NCBI GenBank assembly: GCA_050018395.1
Contig: JBEKAC010000001.1
Location: forward strand, 6,192-70,191
DNA length: 64,000 nt
Direction of reading: 5' to 3'
Origin: Dehalococcoidales bacterium
Lineage (GTDB): Bacteria > Chloroflexota > Dehalococcoidia > Dehalococcoidales > RBG-16-60-22
A model generated the notes under the pieces. That model was given only the letters and a program-made list of their open reading frames with translations. It searched no databases and was not told where the DNA came from. The position numbers were made by a program, and so were the translations under genes. Position 1 is the stretch's first letter. Every line of letters starts with the position of its first letter. Shown one piece after another: positions 40,856 through 50,659 of this stretch.

Positions 40856-41671
40856 ATGGATAAAAGCATTTTCGATCTGACCGGCAAGGTCGCTCTGATT
40901 ACCGGGGGGAGCCGCGGTATCGGCCGGGCCTACGCCGAAGCTGTTGCGGCATTCGGGGCGAATGTCGCCATCGCGGCCCGCGACCAGGGGAAGATTGATG
41001 AAACGCTGGCCATATTGGCCAAGTATAAAGTTAAGACCCTGGGTATATCCGCCGATATGACCAAAGAGCAGGATATCAAGAGAATGGTCGACGAAACGGT
41101 CAAGAAATTCGGCCGCATCGATATCCTGTTCAATAATGCCGGCATTGCCCGGCCGCATCGCCCCATACACGAAGAAATTGTGGCTGACTTCGATATCATC
41201 ATCAGCACCAACCTGCGGGGCCCCTTCCTGGTACTAAAATATGTCCTGCCGGTTATGATAAAACAGAATAAGGGTGCGATTATCAACACCTCGTCCACGG
41301 CCGGCATCAGGGCAGAATTCCCGGAAATCGCTCCGGTCGCCTACTGCGCGGCCAAAGCCGGGATTAATATTATGACCCAGGTCGCCGCCATCGAGTATGC
41401 CAAATATAATATCCGGGTAAATTGTATTGCCCCGGGCATGCATCATTCCGAACTCGGCCATGATAATCCCAGGCCAAACACCCCGCCCAACCCGCAGCAA
41501 ATGGCCGCCATGCAGGAAATGATGAAGAGAACCAATGAGGATATCCCGATGAACCGCTTCGCCGAAGCCGATGAGCTGGCCGGTTTAGCGGTGCTCCTGG
41601 CTTCGGATGCTTCCAGTTACATTACAGGTCAGGTCTTTGCCCAAGACGGCGGAAGGTCAGCGAAACACTAG
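40856..41671 (+). CDS. SDR oxidoreductase
   Basis: TGGSRGIG, NNAG, YCAAK, SSYITGQ. Confidence 0.9.
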   Translation: MDKSIFDLTGKVALITGGSRGIGRAYAEAVAAFGANVAIAARDQGKIDETLAILAKYKVKTLGISADMTKEQDIKRMVDETVKKFGRIDILFNNAGIARPHRPIHEEIVADFDIIISTNLRGPFLVLKYVLPVMIKQNKGAIINTSSTAGIRAEFPEIAPVAYCAAKAGINIMTQVAAIEYAKYNIRVNCIAPGMHHSELGHDNPRPNTPPNPQQMAAMQEMMKRTNEDIPMNRFAEADELAGLAVLLASDASSYITGQVFAQDGGRSAKH

Positions 41672-41736
41672 GATTTTAGACCAGTGGCATCTGAATCTAT
41701 ACGCGTTTCTCTATTATTTATTAGAGGCGGTCCAGC

Positions 41737-42522
41737 ATGGTCAACAAGAGCTTTCGTCTTAATATTGGCGCTTTCAAATGCATGGTGGTGAGCGACGGAA
41801 TCATCCGCGTACCAAGTCCGCCACCCTCTAAAAAGCCCGGAGAGCTGATGGATGTGAGCTGTCTGCTCATCGAGCAAGGGCAGCGCAAAATACTGGTAGA
41901 TACCGGCTGCGGGAGCGGATTTCAGGCCAGCGCCGGGAAACTCTTGAAGAATTTATTAAAAGAAGGTGTAAATCCAGGCCAGATAAATACCATCATTTAC
42001 ACTCACGGCCACACGGACCATGTGGGCGGTTCATTCGACTCACACGATAGACCTGTTTTCCCGCAGGCGCGGCATATGGTGTTGAGGAAGGAGTTCGATT
42101 CCTGGGCGACCATGCCTGACACTGCCAAACATTATGAGATGTTTGCCGCCGCCCGAAAGTACCTCCTGCCCATCCGGGACCAATTTGACTTGGCGGAAGA
42201 AAATGCAGAAATAATACCCGGCATTAAACTCCTGCCGGCCTACGGACACACGCTGGGCAATGCCATGCTGGAGATATCCTCGGGCAAACATAAGATTTTA
42301 TGCATCGGGGACCTGATTCACAGTCAGGTGGAACTTGCTAACCCGGATTATTATGCGTTTCTTGATTCTGTTCCCGAACAGGCAGTCAGGCTCAGGACCG
42401 AAGGAATATCGAAGATAGCTGAATCAGGCGTACTGGTATTTGCCTGTCATTTCCCGTTGCCGGGCATCGGTCACTTTGTGCATAAAGGCGGTATTTTGAG
42501 CTGGCAGCCTGTTCATGAGTGA
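41737..42522 (+). CDS. Metallo-beta-lactamase fold hydrolase
   Basis: LVDTG, THGHTDHVGG, GHT, GDL, CHFP. Confidence 0.88.
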   Translation: MVNKSFRLNIGAFKCMVVSDGIIRVPSPPPSKKPGELMDVSCLLIEQGQRKILVDTGCGSGFQASAGKLLKNLLKEGVNPGQINTIIYTHGHTDHVGGSFDSHDRPVFPQARHMVLRKEFDSWATMPDTAKHYEMFAAARKYLLPIRDQFDLAEENAEIIPGIKLLPAYGHTLGNAMLEISSGKHKILCIGDLIHSQVELANPDYYAFLDSVPEQAVRLRTEGISKIAESGVLVFACHFPLPGIGHFVHKGGILSWQPVHE

Positions 42523-42576
42523 TTTTTCCGACCTTTATTCTCGTCAATTTCGGCCCAGCATATCCCTGGCATTAAC

Positions 42577-43299
42577 TTATTTTTTTACACCCTTAACACG
42601 CACATTTCGTTTTTCCTCGGTACTGGCCTTACCGGTAACCGGGTGTTTGAAGTGAAAAGGCAAGATATAACCCGAAGGATACTCATAGTCGATACCCTTT
42701 GGCGGAAGGTCAGGCTTCCACCAGGCAGGCATTCCAGTCTTGCCTTCCTGGGGTGTTTTTGGTTGAGCAAGCCTCTCCGGTTTTACCCAACCTTCTACCG
42801 GTGTAGCCCGGAAAAGCGGGACCCACTTTATTTTCCACATTTTCCAAATTCCATCTTCTTTGATGTACTCATTCTCGTAGACGCCGCAGGCAAAAGCTTG
42901 CGCGACACCTTCATCCATCGGTGTTTGATTAATCCTTTCACTCTTAGGCATGGCCATAGCCCCGAATCCCCACCACCTGCCCCTGGCTGTTTTGCCATCT
43001 TCGGCAACGTCAATGACACCCTGTATCTGCATCAACTGATGCATAAATTCCGGATTCATATCCTTATTCGAGTTGCCGAATGATATTTTTACGCCACTCT
43101 TACCTAAATAAGTGCCTTCCGGCCACTCCAAGGATGTCTCAGGACTTTCCGAAAACAAACTGATTAACTCATCGTTCATGAAGGTCGTAAGATAGTAACC
43201 ATAAATGCGCTGCAGCCTGGTTATCGCCTCGATGTCTTTTAATCTCTGAAGTTCTTTTTCCAGCGTTTTAACTCTAACCTCAAGCTCCTTGTCAGTCAT
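42577..43299 (-). CDS. SnoaL/NTF2-like protein
   Basis: DIEAI.RLQRIYGYY, TARGRW, YENEYIKEDG.WK, PFHFKHPVTGK. Confidence 0.88.
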   Translation of the reverse strand: MTDKELEVRVKTLEKELQRLKDIEAITRLQRIYGYYLTTFMNDELISLFSESPETSLEWPEGTYLGKSGVKISFGNSNKDMNPEFMHQLMQIQGVIDVAEDGKTARGRWWGFGAMAMPKSERINQTPMDEGVAQAFACGVYENEYIKEDGIWKMWKIKWVPLFRATPVEGWVKPERLAQPKTPQEGKTGMPAWWKPDLPPKGIDYEYPSGYILPFHFKHPVTGKASTEEKRNVRVKGVKK

Positions 43300-43479
43300 G
43301 ATGGCCTTTCCTCCTTATATTTTTGTGTGTATTTTTACTTCAAATCAAAGAAGTCTCAGCAGGCAGATATTACCGGGAAAAACTGTAAGCAAAAACAATC
43401 CCGTCAAGAAGAAAACGGGGACGCCAAGTAAACTGGTATCACCCATATTTCCTACTCTTAGCTCAAGTTTTTTGCTATT

Positions 43480-44151
43480 TCACATTCCTAAAGAGGCGTT
43501 CCATTTTCTCTCATTGGTTTCCTTTCCGGTCACGGGATGTTTGAAAGAAAACGGAAGGATATATCCGGAAGGATATACTGGTTTGATAGTATCTGGAATG
43601 TCGGGTTTCATATGGTCTTCCGCAACATAATTGGGGTCTATAGCCGCAACTCGTTCTGGTTTTACAAAACCTTTGCCCGGAACAGCGTAGTAAGTAGGAA
43701 TGTGCCTGGCTATCTTGATTTTCCATTTTCCGTCTTGTTTAATATAGTCGTTTTCGTACATTCCGCCGAGAAATTCCTGCGTTACGCCTCCTCCCTGGGG
43801 TATGGCAAGCACTCCCCACCCGTTCCACCTGCCCCTGGCAGTTTTGCCGTCCGGATCGACCGTGACAATCCCGGAACTCTGCATAACCTGATGTAAAAAT
43901 TCCGGGTTCTTTCCCATGTCATTTTTAAAAAATTGCCGGACATGCTTTGGACCAAGAAAGGTACCTAATCCGATCAAGTGTATGGCGACATCCGGAACAT
44001 CGGCGAACAGGTCTATTAACTCATCGGACATCCAGTGTTCGATGTAATAACCATATGCCCTTTGAAGCTTTTCTATCTCTTCGATGTCCTGGGAAATCCG
44101 GAATTTGGCTTCTAGAATTTTAAGCCTGGCTTCTAATTCTTCAATCTTCAT
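43480..44151 (-). CDS. SnoaL/NTF2-like protein
   Basis: DIEEIEKLQRAYGYY, HQVMQ, TARGRW, YENDYIKQDGKWK; alternative start at 44166. Confidence 0.88.
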   Translation of the reverse strand: MKIEELEARLKILEAKFRISQDIEEIEKLQRAYGYYIEHWMSDELIDLFADVPDVAIHLIGLGTFLGPKHVRQFFKNDMGKNPEFLHQVMQSSGIVTVDPDGKTARGRWNGWGVLAIPQGGGVTQEFLGGMYENDYIKQDGKWKIKIARHIPTYYAVPGKGFVKPERVAAIDPNYVAEDHMKPDIPDTIKPVYPSGYILPFSFKHPVTGKETNERKWNASLGM

Positions 44152-44259
44152 AATAATACTCCCCATACATTAGTACCTCTATATGATGTCAATAAATATT
44201 ATTTCCTTTGTCCCGATGTTATATTTTAAGAGTAACCAGGTGCATTATCAGTGCGCTGG

Positions 44260-45156
44260 CTATATTGTTCCCCTTAACCTTGGGTCAAGGGCATCCCTTA
44301 ATCCATCCCCAACCATGTTGAGAGAAAATACGACAAGCATAATCGCCACACCGGGAGCAAAACTGAGTATCGGGTAAGTGCGTATACGTTGATAGCCATC
44401 ATTGATCATACTGCCCCAGGCTGCCCCCGGCGGCCTTATGCCTACACCGAGAAAACTCAAGCCTGCTTCGGCTAAAATAGTAGATCCCAACATCAGAGTC
44501 ACCATGACTATCAGCGGCGGTAAACAGTTAGGTAAAATATGGTGCCATATCATGCGCCCGTTACCGGCGCCCATAGACCTGCCAGCCATGATATAATCAT
44601 TTTCCTTAACGGAGAGGACCTGACCGCACATCAACCGGGCGTACATGGGTACCAGACCTACACCGAGAGCGATAATGATGTTTTTCAACCCTTCCCCGAG
44701 CAGAGAGGCGATGGCCAAGGCAAATAATATCATCGGGAAAGACATGAGTGCGTCTATAAATCTCATAATAATAAGATTCGTGATACCGCCGAAATATCCG
44801 GCAACCAATCCCAGGGTCAAGCCGACAGCAGCACCAATACAGATAGCAGAAATACCGACCAGCATTGAAGTCCTTGCGCCGAATATCAAACGGCTTAAAG
44901 TGTCTCTTCCTATGGCATCGGTGCCCAGAAGATGGTGCCAGTTAGGAGAAAGCAGTGTATTATCCAGGTCTGGTTTATAAGGATCGTAAGGAGCCAGTAA
45001 CGGCGCAAAAACAGCCGCTATTACCGTGATTAAAATAATGATGAGACCGAATAGAACTAATTTGCGGCCAAAAAACACCCGCGTAAAGCGCCGGAGCTCG
45101 CTGACCCGGGGCGGAGCTTCGGAGAAAGATAGAGAGACGGGGCTCTCTTTAGACAT
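44260..45156 (-). CDS. ABC permease (DppC-like)
   Basis: HLLGTDAIGRD, GDGLRDALDP. Confidence 0.93.
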   Translation of the reverse strand: MSKESPVSLSFSEAPPRVSELRRFTRVFFGRKLVLFGLIIILITVIAAVFAPLLAPYDPYKPDLDNTLLSPNWHHLLGTDAIGRDTLSRLIFGARTSMLVGISAICIGAAVGLTLGLVAGYFGGITNLIIMRFIDALMSFPMILFALAIASLLGEGLKNIIIALGVGLVPMYARLMCGQVLSVKENDYIMAGRSMGAGNGRMIWHHILPNCLPPLIVMVTLMLGSTILAEAGLSFLGVGIRPPGAAWGSMINDGYQRIRTYPILSFAPGVAIMLVVFSLNMVGDGLRDALDPRLRGTI

Positions 45157-45169
45157 AAATCAGACTCCT

Positions 45170-46126
45170 TTAGTTATATCGTATCCTGGGATCCAGCCAG
45201 CCATAGGAGATATCCACCAGGAAGTTTATCGAAGTCACCATGATAGCAATCAGGAGAACAACAGCCTGGATAACCGTATAATCCAAAGAGCGGACAGCAT
45301 CCACCGCCAGCCTGCCCATCCCAGGAATGTTGAATACGGTCTCGATAAGTACAGTTCCGCCAATGATACTGCTGAGTTGCATCCCGGATAAGGTAGTAAT
45401 CGTAATGAGACCGTTTTTAAGGACGTGTCTCATTACCAACGTGCGCTCCCGCAGACCTTTGGCCCGGGCAGTCCGGATGTAGTCCTGGCGGATTACCTCA
45501 AGCATGCTGGAGCGGGTCTGGCGGGAAATGGCCCCAATGGTGAAAACGGACTCGCAAGCCACCGGCATAATCATCAGCTTTATGCTCAACCAGAAATTTT
45601 CAAACGGGGATATATAGCCGTTGGTGGGGAGCCATCCCAACCTAAAGCCAAACACATAAATCAGCATTATGCCCATCCAGAAAATAGGTATGGTTACCCC
45701 GATATTGGCTAATATCGTTACAACCATGTCAATTTTCGTGCCGCGCCTCAATGCTGAAATTGTTCCGGCCAGTATGCCAAGGATATTAGCAATAACAAAA
45801 GACACTAGACCCAGGTAAAGAGATACCGGTACACGCCGGGCAAGGAGAGTGCTCACGGGTTCAAGGTGAGAGGTCGATTTCCCAAAGTCGCCGTGAAACA
45901 GACCGGGCAACCAACGGATGTATTGCACTATTACCGGTTTGTCCAGCCCGTATTGATGCCTTAAAATCTGGAGCTGTTCCGGGGATACCGATGTGTATTG
46001 GTCCCGGCTCATCATCATTAAAAGGGGATCGCCGGGCAAAATGCGCACCATAAAAAACACTATCAGGGTTACGAGCAGAATGGTGATAACCGCAAGTAGC
46101 AACCGACGAGTGGCATATGTAATCAT
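45170..46126 (-). CDS. ABC permease (DppB-like)
   Basis: PGDP, QDYIRTARAKG, DPRIRY. Confidence 0.93.
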   Translation of the reverse strand: MITYATRRLLLAVITILLVTLIVFFMVRILPGDPLLMMMSRDQYTSVSPEQLQILRHQYGLDKPVIVQYIRWLPGLFHGDFGKSTSHLEPVSTLLARRVPVSLYLGLVSFVIANILGILAGTISALRRGTKIDMVVTILANIGVTIPIFWMGIMLIYVFGFRLGWLPTNGYISPFENFWLSIKLMIMPVACESVFTIGAISRQTRSSMLEVIRQDYIRTARAKGLRERTLVMRHVLKNGLITITTLSGMQLSSIIGGTVLIETVFNIPGMGRLAVDAVRSLDYTVIQAVVLLIAIMVTSINFLVDISYGWLDPRIRYN

Positions 46127-46284
46127 TAATAACTTCCCTTAAATGGCGATATCGGCCGGATTTGCCGCCAATGCAGAGATATGCCTGGGGGAGACCTCTT
46201 AATACCAGCAGGTTGTGACCTCTGAATGTAAAGAAGCCTCCCCCTTTATGGTTTAGCCAGAATGTTCCTAGCAATAAGCTTATT

Positions 46285-47931
46285 TTATTTCTTTATTTTA
46301 TCTAGCTCCATCCATGCATGGGCATAATCCCACCTGTGGAATTGTTGGGCTTCATAACGAGCATCGTGGAGATAGGGCTGCATGACCTCGTTGCTTACCC
46401 AATCCCATAGAGGAATAGCCAGAGCATGCGCAGATATATAAGATACAATATCCTTGCCCATGGTGATTTGTTTTGCAGAATCGGGTTCCGCCATAAAATT
46501 TACTAACATTGCCTGTAATTCTGGTGGTCTATAAAGAGCAGTCCAGTATATTCCGTGTGACCACTGGGGTGCATCGGGCGTCCACCAGAAGCGTGAGAAG
46601 TAGTTGGCTAAACTCGGGTCATTTCCCGTTGGGGATATCATAAGACCGTCCTGCCAACCGTTAGTCTCCATGTCTATCCACTTGGCGATGGTGGTCATTT
46701 CTACCGTCGTCCTTATGCCGACGGCATTGAGATAAGACTGGATTAGAGGTATCTCATCCCCACCGAGGTGAACCCCGCAATAAAGTGTCGTATCGAAGCC
46801 ATTGGGATATCCTGCCTGTGTTAAAAGGTCCTTGGCCTTAACCGGATCGTAGGTGCGCGGTACAAAGTCAGGTTTGGCTGGTCTTAAAATAGGAGGCGCA
46901 TACTGATAGACGGGCTGATAATAGCCATTGAAAACGGTATCACATATCTTTTGCTTGTCGATGGCGTATTCTATGGCCATGCGTACCAGTTCATTGCCAA
47001 GAGGACCGGTATTGGCCACGCCGACTTTATTGGGGTCACCGCTGGCAGCAACCAGAGACGTCTTAAGGTCCGGCCAGGCATCGATGGTGTATCCCTTAGG
47101 CCCCAGGTCACGAGCTAGAAGGTATCCTTTACCCATTATACTGATAGCTTCGTCTTCCCCGGATTCGAAGGCTAACTGCGCCGTCACGGCATCAGGAATC
47201 AAAACACTTTTTACGGCATCGAGGTAAGGCTTGCCGCCCCAGTAGTCGTCGAACCTTTCCGTTAGAACATAATTATCAGGCTTATATTCCTTAAACTTGA
47301 ACGGCCCTGTCCCGACCGGGTTCATGTTGGCCCAATCTTCGCCATTCTTTTGGTACGCCGTCGGCGATATCATATAGGAATAAGGGCTATTAATATTGGC
47401 CGCGGTTACCATGGGTAAAAGCGCAGCATCATACTTAGCCATGTGTATCTTAAAGGTGTATGGATCGGGAGTCTCCGTCGAGGTTATCAGATCATAGCCG
47501 GCCGATTTGGCGGCTATAGCCTGGTCATAATTCCATTTGACGGCCGCGGAGTTGAAATCGGTTTCATCCTGGAATTTAACGCCATGTCTGAGGTGCAAGA
47601 TAAGTGTGGTATAGTCGGTGGACCATTCGAAGCTCTGAGCGAGTATGCCGGTGTATTCTCCACTCCTCTCTTGAATCAGCAATCTCTCGAGAATTAAGTC
47701 AACCACATCAGTATTGGAGCCGGTCATTTTCCACGGTAAGCCGAGAGAAGCCGACCCAAACTCGGTCATGATAATTCTCAAAGTACCGCCGGACTGCGGT
47801 TTCAGGGTAGAGGCCGGCGTTGGAGTGGCTGACTTTGTTGCTGTGGTTGTTGTCGATGATTTGCTGCAGCCAACTAATAGCATTGCCAGTGCCAGCAACA
47901 TCACAGATGACAATATTAGGAATTTCTTCAT
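46285..47931 (-). CDS. ABC substrate-binding lipoprotein, family 5
   Basis: LVGC lipobox, LRHGVKFQD, PVGTGPF; start at 47931 or 47937. Confidence 0.92.
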   Translation of the reverse strand: MKKFLILSSVMLLALAMLLVGCSKSSTTTTATKSATPTPASTLKPQSGGTLRIIMTEFGSASLGLPWKMTGSNTDVVDLILERLLIQERSGEYTGILAQSFEWSTDYTTLILHLRHGVKFQDETDFNSAAVKWNYDQAIAAKSAGYDLITSTETPDPYTFKIHMAKYDAALLPMVTAANINSPYSYMISPTAYQKNGEDWANMNPVGTGPFKFKEYKPDNYVLTERFDDYWGGKPYLDAVKSVLIPDAVTAQLAFESGEDEAISIMGKGYLLARDLGPKGYTIDAWPDLKTSLVAASGDPNKVGVANTGPLGNELVRMAIEYAIDKQKICDTVFNGYYQPVYQYAPPILRPAKPDFVPRTYDPVKAKDLLTQAGYPNGFDTTLYCGVHLGGDEIPLIQSYLNAVGIRTTVEMTTIAKWIDMETNGWQDGLMISPTGNDPSLANYFSRFWWTPDAPQWSHGIYWTALYRPPELQAMLVNFMAEPDSAKQITMGKDIVSYISAHALAIPLWDWVSNEVMQPYLHDARYEAQQFHRWDYAHAWMELDKIKK

Positions 47932-48119
47932 GAACAACTGCTCCTTTTCAGACTATTGGAATTCCCTGTAACCGTTGAACATTTAAAGCAGAAATTACAT
48001 TTAATCTTGACTTAATATACACCTCCTTTCAGCGAATTTTAGAGTGACCCACGTCGAAAACTCAGGCAACGAACAATACCAAAACTATATAACTTATTTT
48101 CATTCTCTGCCACCGCTGT

Positions 48120-48803
48120 TTATATCGGTTTAATGATGGCGCGGGCCGGGGCGGCATCACCATTTCTCACTCTAAGGGGTAAGCAAATAAGTTCATAAGG
48201 GCCGGGCTTTACCCCAGACAGATTAATCGCTTCGAGAATCCATACGCCGTTCTTGAAAAAAGTCATATGTGTCTCCACATTCTTGTCCCGGTAAAGACGG
48301 CTGCCTACGGCAATATAATCTATACCGACGACTGATATCTTCTTATCAACGAGGAAATGTGCCGCCTCCGGAGAAATATAGATGTAATCTTTGATAAAAT
48401 CGTCTGTTTTGTAGCATTTTAAAGAGTTTTGCGTTTTAAAGAGAACACGCTCACCGGGCTGAAAATCGTAAGGAACCAGTTCCTCTGCCTTTATCGATTC
48501 AGCGTCTTTACTTTCGATAACCCGTGCCGGACCGATGAGAGCATCCAGGGGCATGGTATCAATCGTTGCCCCATCGGGAATGAAATGAAGCGGTGCATCG
48601 ATATGTGTTCCGGTGTGCGATATGATATCCAAACCGATGCAATCGGTATGACCGCCTTTACTTCTTAACTCGAAGAATTCTATCTTAGGCGGCTTATTCT
48701 CCGGCCAATACCTCATGCCCGTGTACAATGGCCAGGAAATGTCTATCCAGCCAGATTTAGCAGGTTTAGACTTTCCGGAGCCGCTTCCTTTTGTAATATT
48801 CAT
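48120..48803 (-). CDS. Cyclase family protein (kynurenine formamidase-like metal hydrolase)
   Basis: HTGTHIDAPLHF, VGID, LPL....DAAPARA. Confidence 0.88.
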   Translation of the reverse strand: MNITKGSGSGKSKPAKSGWIDISWPLYTGMRYWPENKPPKIEFFELRSKGGHTDCIGLDIISHTGTHIDAPLHFIPDGATIDTMPLDALIGPARVIESKDAESIKAEELVPYDFQPGERVLFKTQNSLKCYKTDDFIKDYIYISPEAAHFLVDKKISVVGIDYIAVGSRLYRDKNVETHMTFFKNGVWILEAINLSGVKPGPYELICLPLRVRNGDAAPARAIIKPI

Positions 48804-48924
48804 TATGTTTCCCCGTTTTCTCTCCCGGCGTATTATAAATAAGTCCCTCAAGAAAATAAATATTTGCTAATAATTAGCAGTATCAATATATAATATTGTA
48901 ATATAATAGATTATAATATTAGAG

Positions 48925-48944
48925 ATAGTAATATATATTACTAT
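48925..48944. promoter_or_regulatory. Perfect 20-bp palindrome, candidate MarR operator
   Basis: ATAGTAATATATATTACTAT in the divergent cyclase/marR intergenic region. Confidence 0.45.
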
Positions 48945-49012
48945 GGTGTTATGCGTGTGTCAATATTTAATCAATACCAATAATTTAGTAATTGGGTTGT
49001 GGGAGGGTATCT

Positions 49013-49549
49013 TTGGACGATCGACTTAAAAGAAAAATAGAGTCAGCGGCAGAAGGAATTCGTTCCAGGGCAAATGATCCGATAGTTAGGGCTTATACCG
49101 CTTTTTTCTTAACTTATGATATTTTAGACAACTATGTTACCAATGAATTAGGCGAACACGCCGTGTCCCGTACCGGTCAAAATATCCTTCATATTCTGGT
49201 GATGAACGGCGGTAGTATGATCGCTACCGAAATAAGCAAACAAGCCTGGCGTTCTAAATTCTCTATCACCAAAGTCATCGACACTTTAGAGAAAAATGGA
49301 TATGTCATCAGGGATAATCCGGACTCCGAAGGGGATCGCAGGAAAAAAATGATCTCCATTACGGAAAAAGGCCTGGAGCTTACGACAAAAATTGTGAGAA
49401 CATCCACCCATCACCTCTGCAACCAGGTATTACGAGGACTAACCCCGGAACAAATCGATGATTTATATCAATATTTATTACATATCGGGAAAAATACTTT
49501 TGAACTAATAAACGATTCCAGCAATCCCTACATTTTCAGGATGACATAG
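49013..49549 (+). CDS. MarR-family transcriptional regulator
   Basis: ITKVIDTLEKNGY, DRRKK.ISITEKG; TTG start after GGGAGG. Confidence 0.88.
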   Translation: MDDRLKRKIESAAEGIRSRANDPIVRAYTAFFLTYDILDNYVTNELGEHAVSRTGQNILHILVMNGGSMIATEISKQAWRSKFSITKVIDTLEKNGYVIRDNPDSEGDRRKKMISITEKGLELTTKIVRTSTHHLCNQVLRGLTPEQIDDLYQYLLHIGKNTFELINDSSNPYIFRMT

Positions 49550-49623
49550 TGTGATAAGGCTTGCTAAGTCAGTGGTAGATGGAACGGCAAAGGCATTAAA
49601 AATAGAGAAATTGGAGGGTAAAA

Positions 49624-50085
49624 ATGGCGACAAGAAAATTCGCAAAAAATTTTGTGTATGGCGGTCAGACCCAACCTCCATTGAGACATCAAGAAATACG
49701 CACTCCCGGGACGGAGTTATTCTATGTGCATGATGGCATTATCAAAGGGGCCTTTATGATGTGCGGCACATGGCAAACGGCAATAGTCCCGGGTTCACTG
49801 ACCAGGGTATACCCGCAGCACGCGCACGATATGGACGAATACATAGTATTGGTCGGGAGTGATATCGAACATCCGTATGAACTTTGCGGAGAAGTCGAAT
49901 TCTGGTTCGAGGACGAAAAATACGTTATTACTAAAACCTGCGCAATTTTTATCCCCAAGGGAGTCCGTCATGCACCGTTAATCGTCACGAGAGTAGATAA
50001 GCCATTATTCCTCCTTTCCACCACACCCGATATAAAACATAATGTTCATGAGTTTGCAGAACCGCAATACATGAAGAAACATTAA
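49624..50085 (+). CDS. Cupin-like protein (paralog 6)
   Basis: HAHDMDEY...GSD, LCGEVEFW, IPKGVRHAP. Confidence 0.8.
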   Translation: MATRKFAKNFVYGGQTQPPLRHQEIRTPGTELFYVHDGIIKGAFMMCGTWQTAIVPGSLTRVYPQHAHDMDEYIVLVGSDIEHPYELCGEVEFWFEDEKYVITKTCAIFIPKGVRHAPLIVTRVDKPLFLLSTTPDIKHNVHEFAEPQYMKKH

Positions 50086-50206
50086 ACGGGAGCGGCGTCC
50101 CACGATATACAGGTCGGTCAAGCGAATACTTCAGAGCCACCGGCCCAGACATGGCAATCCAGGAAGCGGCGGTGAATACAATCCGGGCACTTTATGAGAT
50201 ACCAGG

Positions 50207-50659
50207 TTATTTGGTCGGATTCCGGGTATCCAGTAAAGCTGTTAGCTTTTGCCGGCGGTCATCTCTTAACCTTGCCATGATAGAAAAAGCCCGGGGAACA
50301 TCTGCCATCAGGGGTTTGGCTTGCTGGGCGGCTTTATCGTAGAACCGGGCGGTTTTTTCTTCCATCCGGATGGCTGTTTCGATGGCATCGGAATAGGTTT
50401 TATTCATGGAGACATCAGGGTTGAAGGTGTATTCATCCGGGTCTAAATCGAACGCAAACCCGCCCTCGAGAGCGTCCGTAATGGCGCTGTAATACGCCCT
50501 TTCAACCCTCGTAATGTTCTTCTTGTTTTCATTAACGAAACCCCGCAGCACTTCACTATCCTTGGCGTATTGTTTGGCTGCGGACTCGTAAAAACCGGCC
50601 CCGTCTTCCTCGAGTTTCCTGGCGAAACTGATGACCTGGGAGACGGTGTTAAACTTCAT
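50207..50659 (-). CDS. Ferritin/rubrerythrin-like protein
   Basis: A.KLEE....FY and AIRMEE....FY helix pair; the His ligands appear to be absent. Confidence 0.7.
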   Translation of the reverse strand: MKFNTVSQVISFARKLEEDGAGFYESAAKQYAKDSEVLRGFVNENKKNITRVERAYYSAITDALEGGFAFDLDPDEYTFNPDVSMNKTYSDAIETAIRMEEKTARFYDKAAQQAKPLMADVPRAFSIMARLRDDRRQKLTALLDTRNPTK

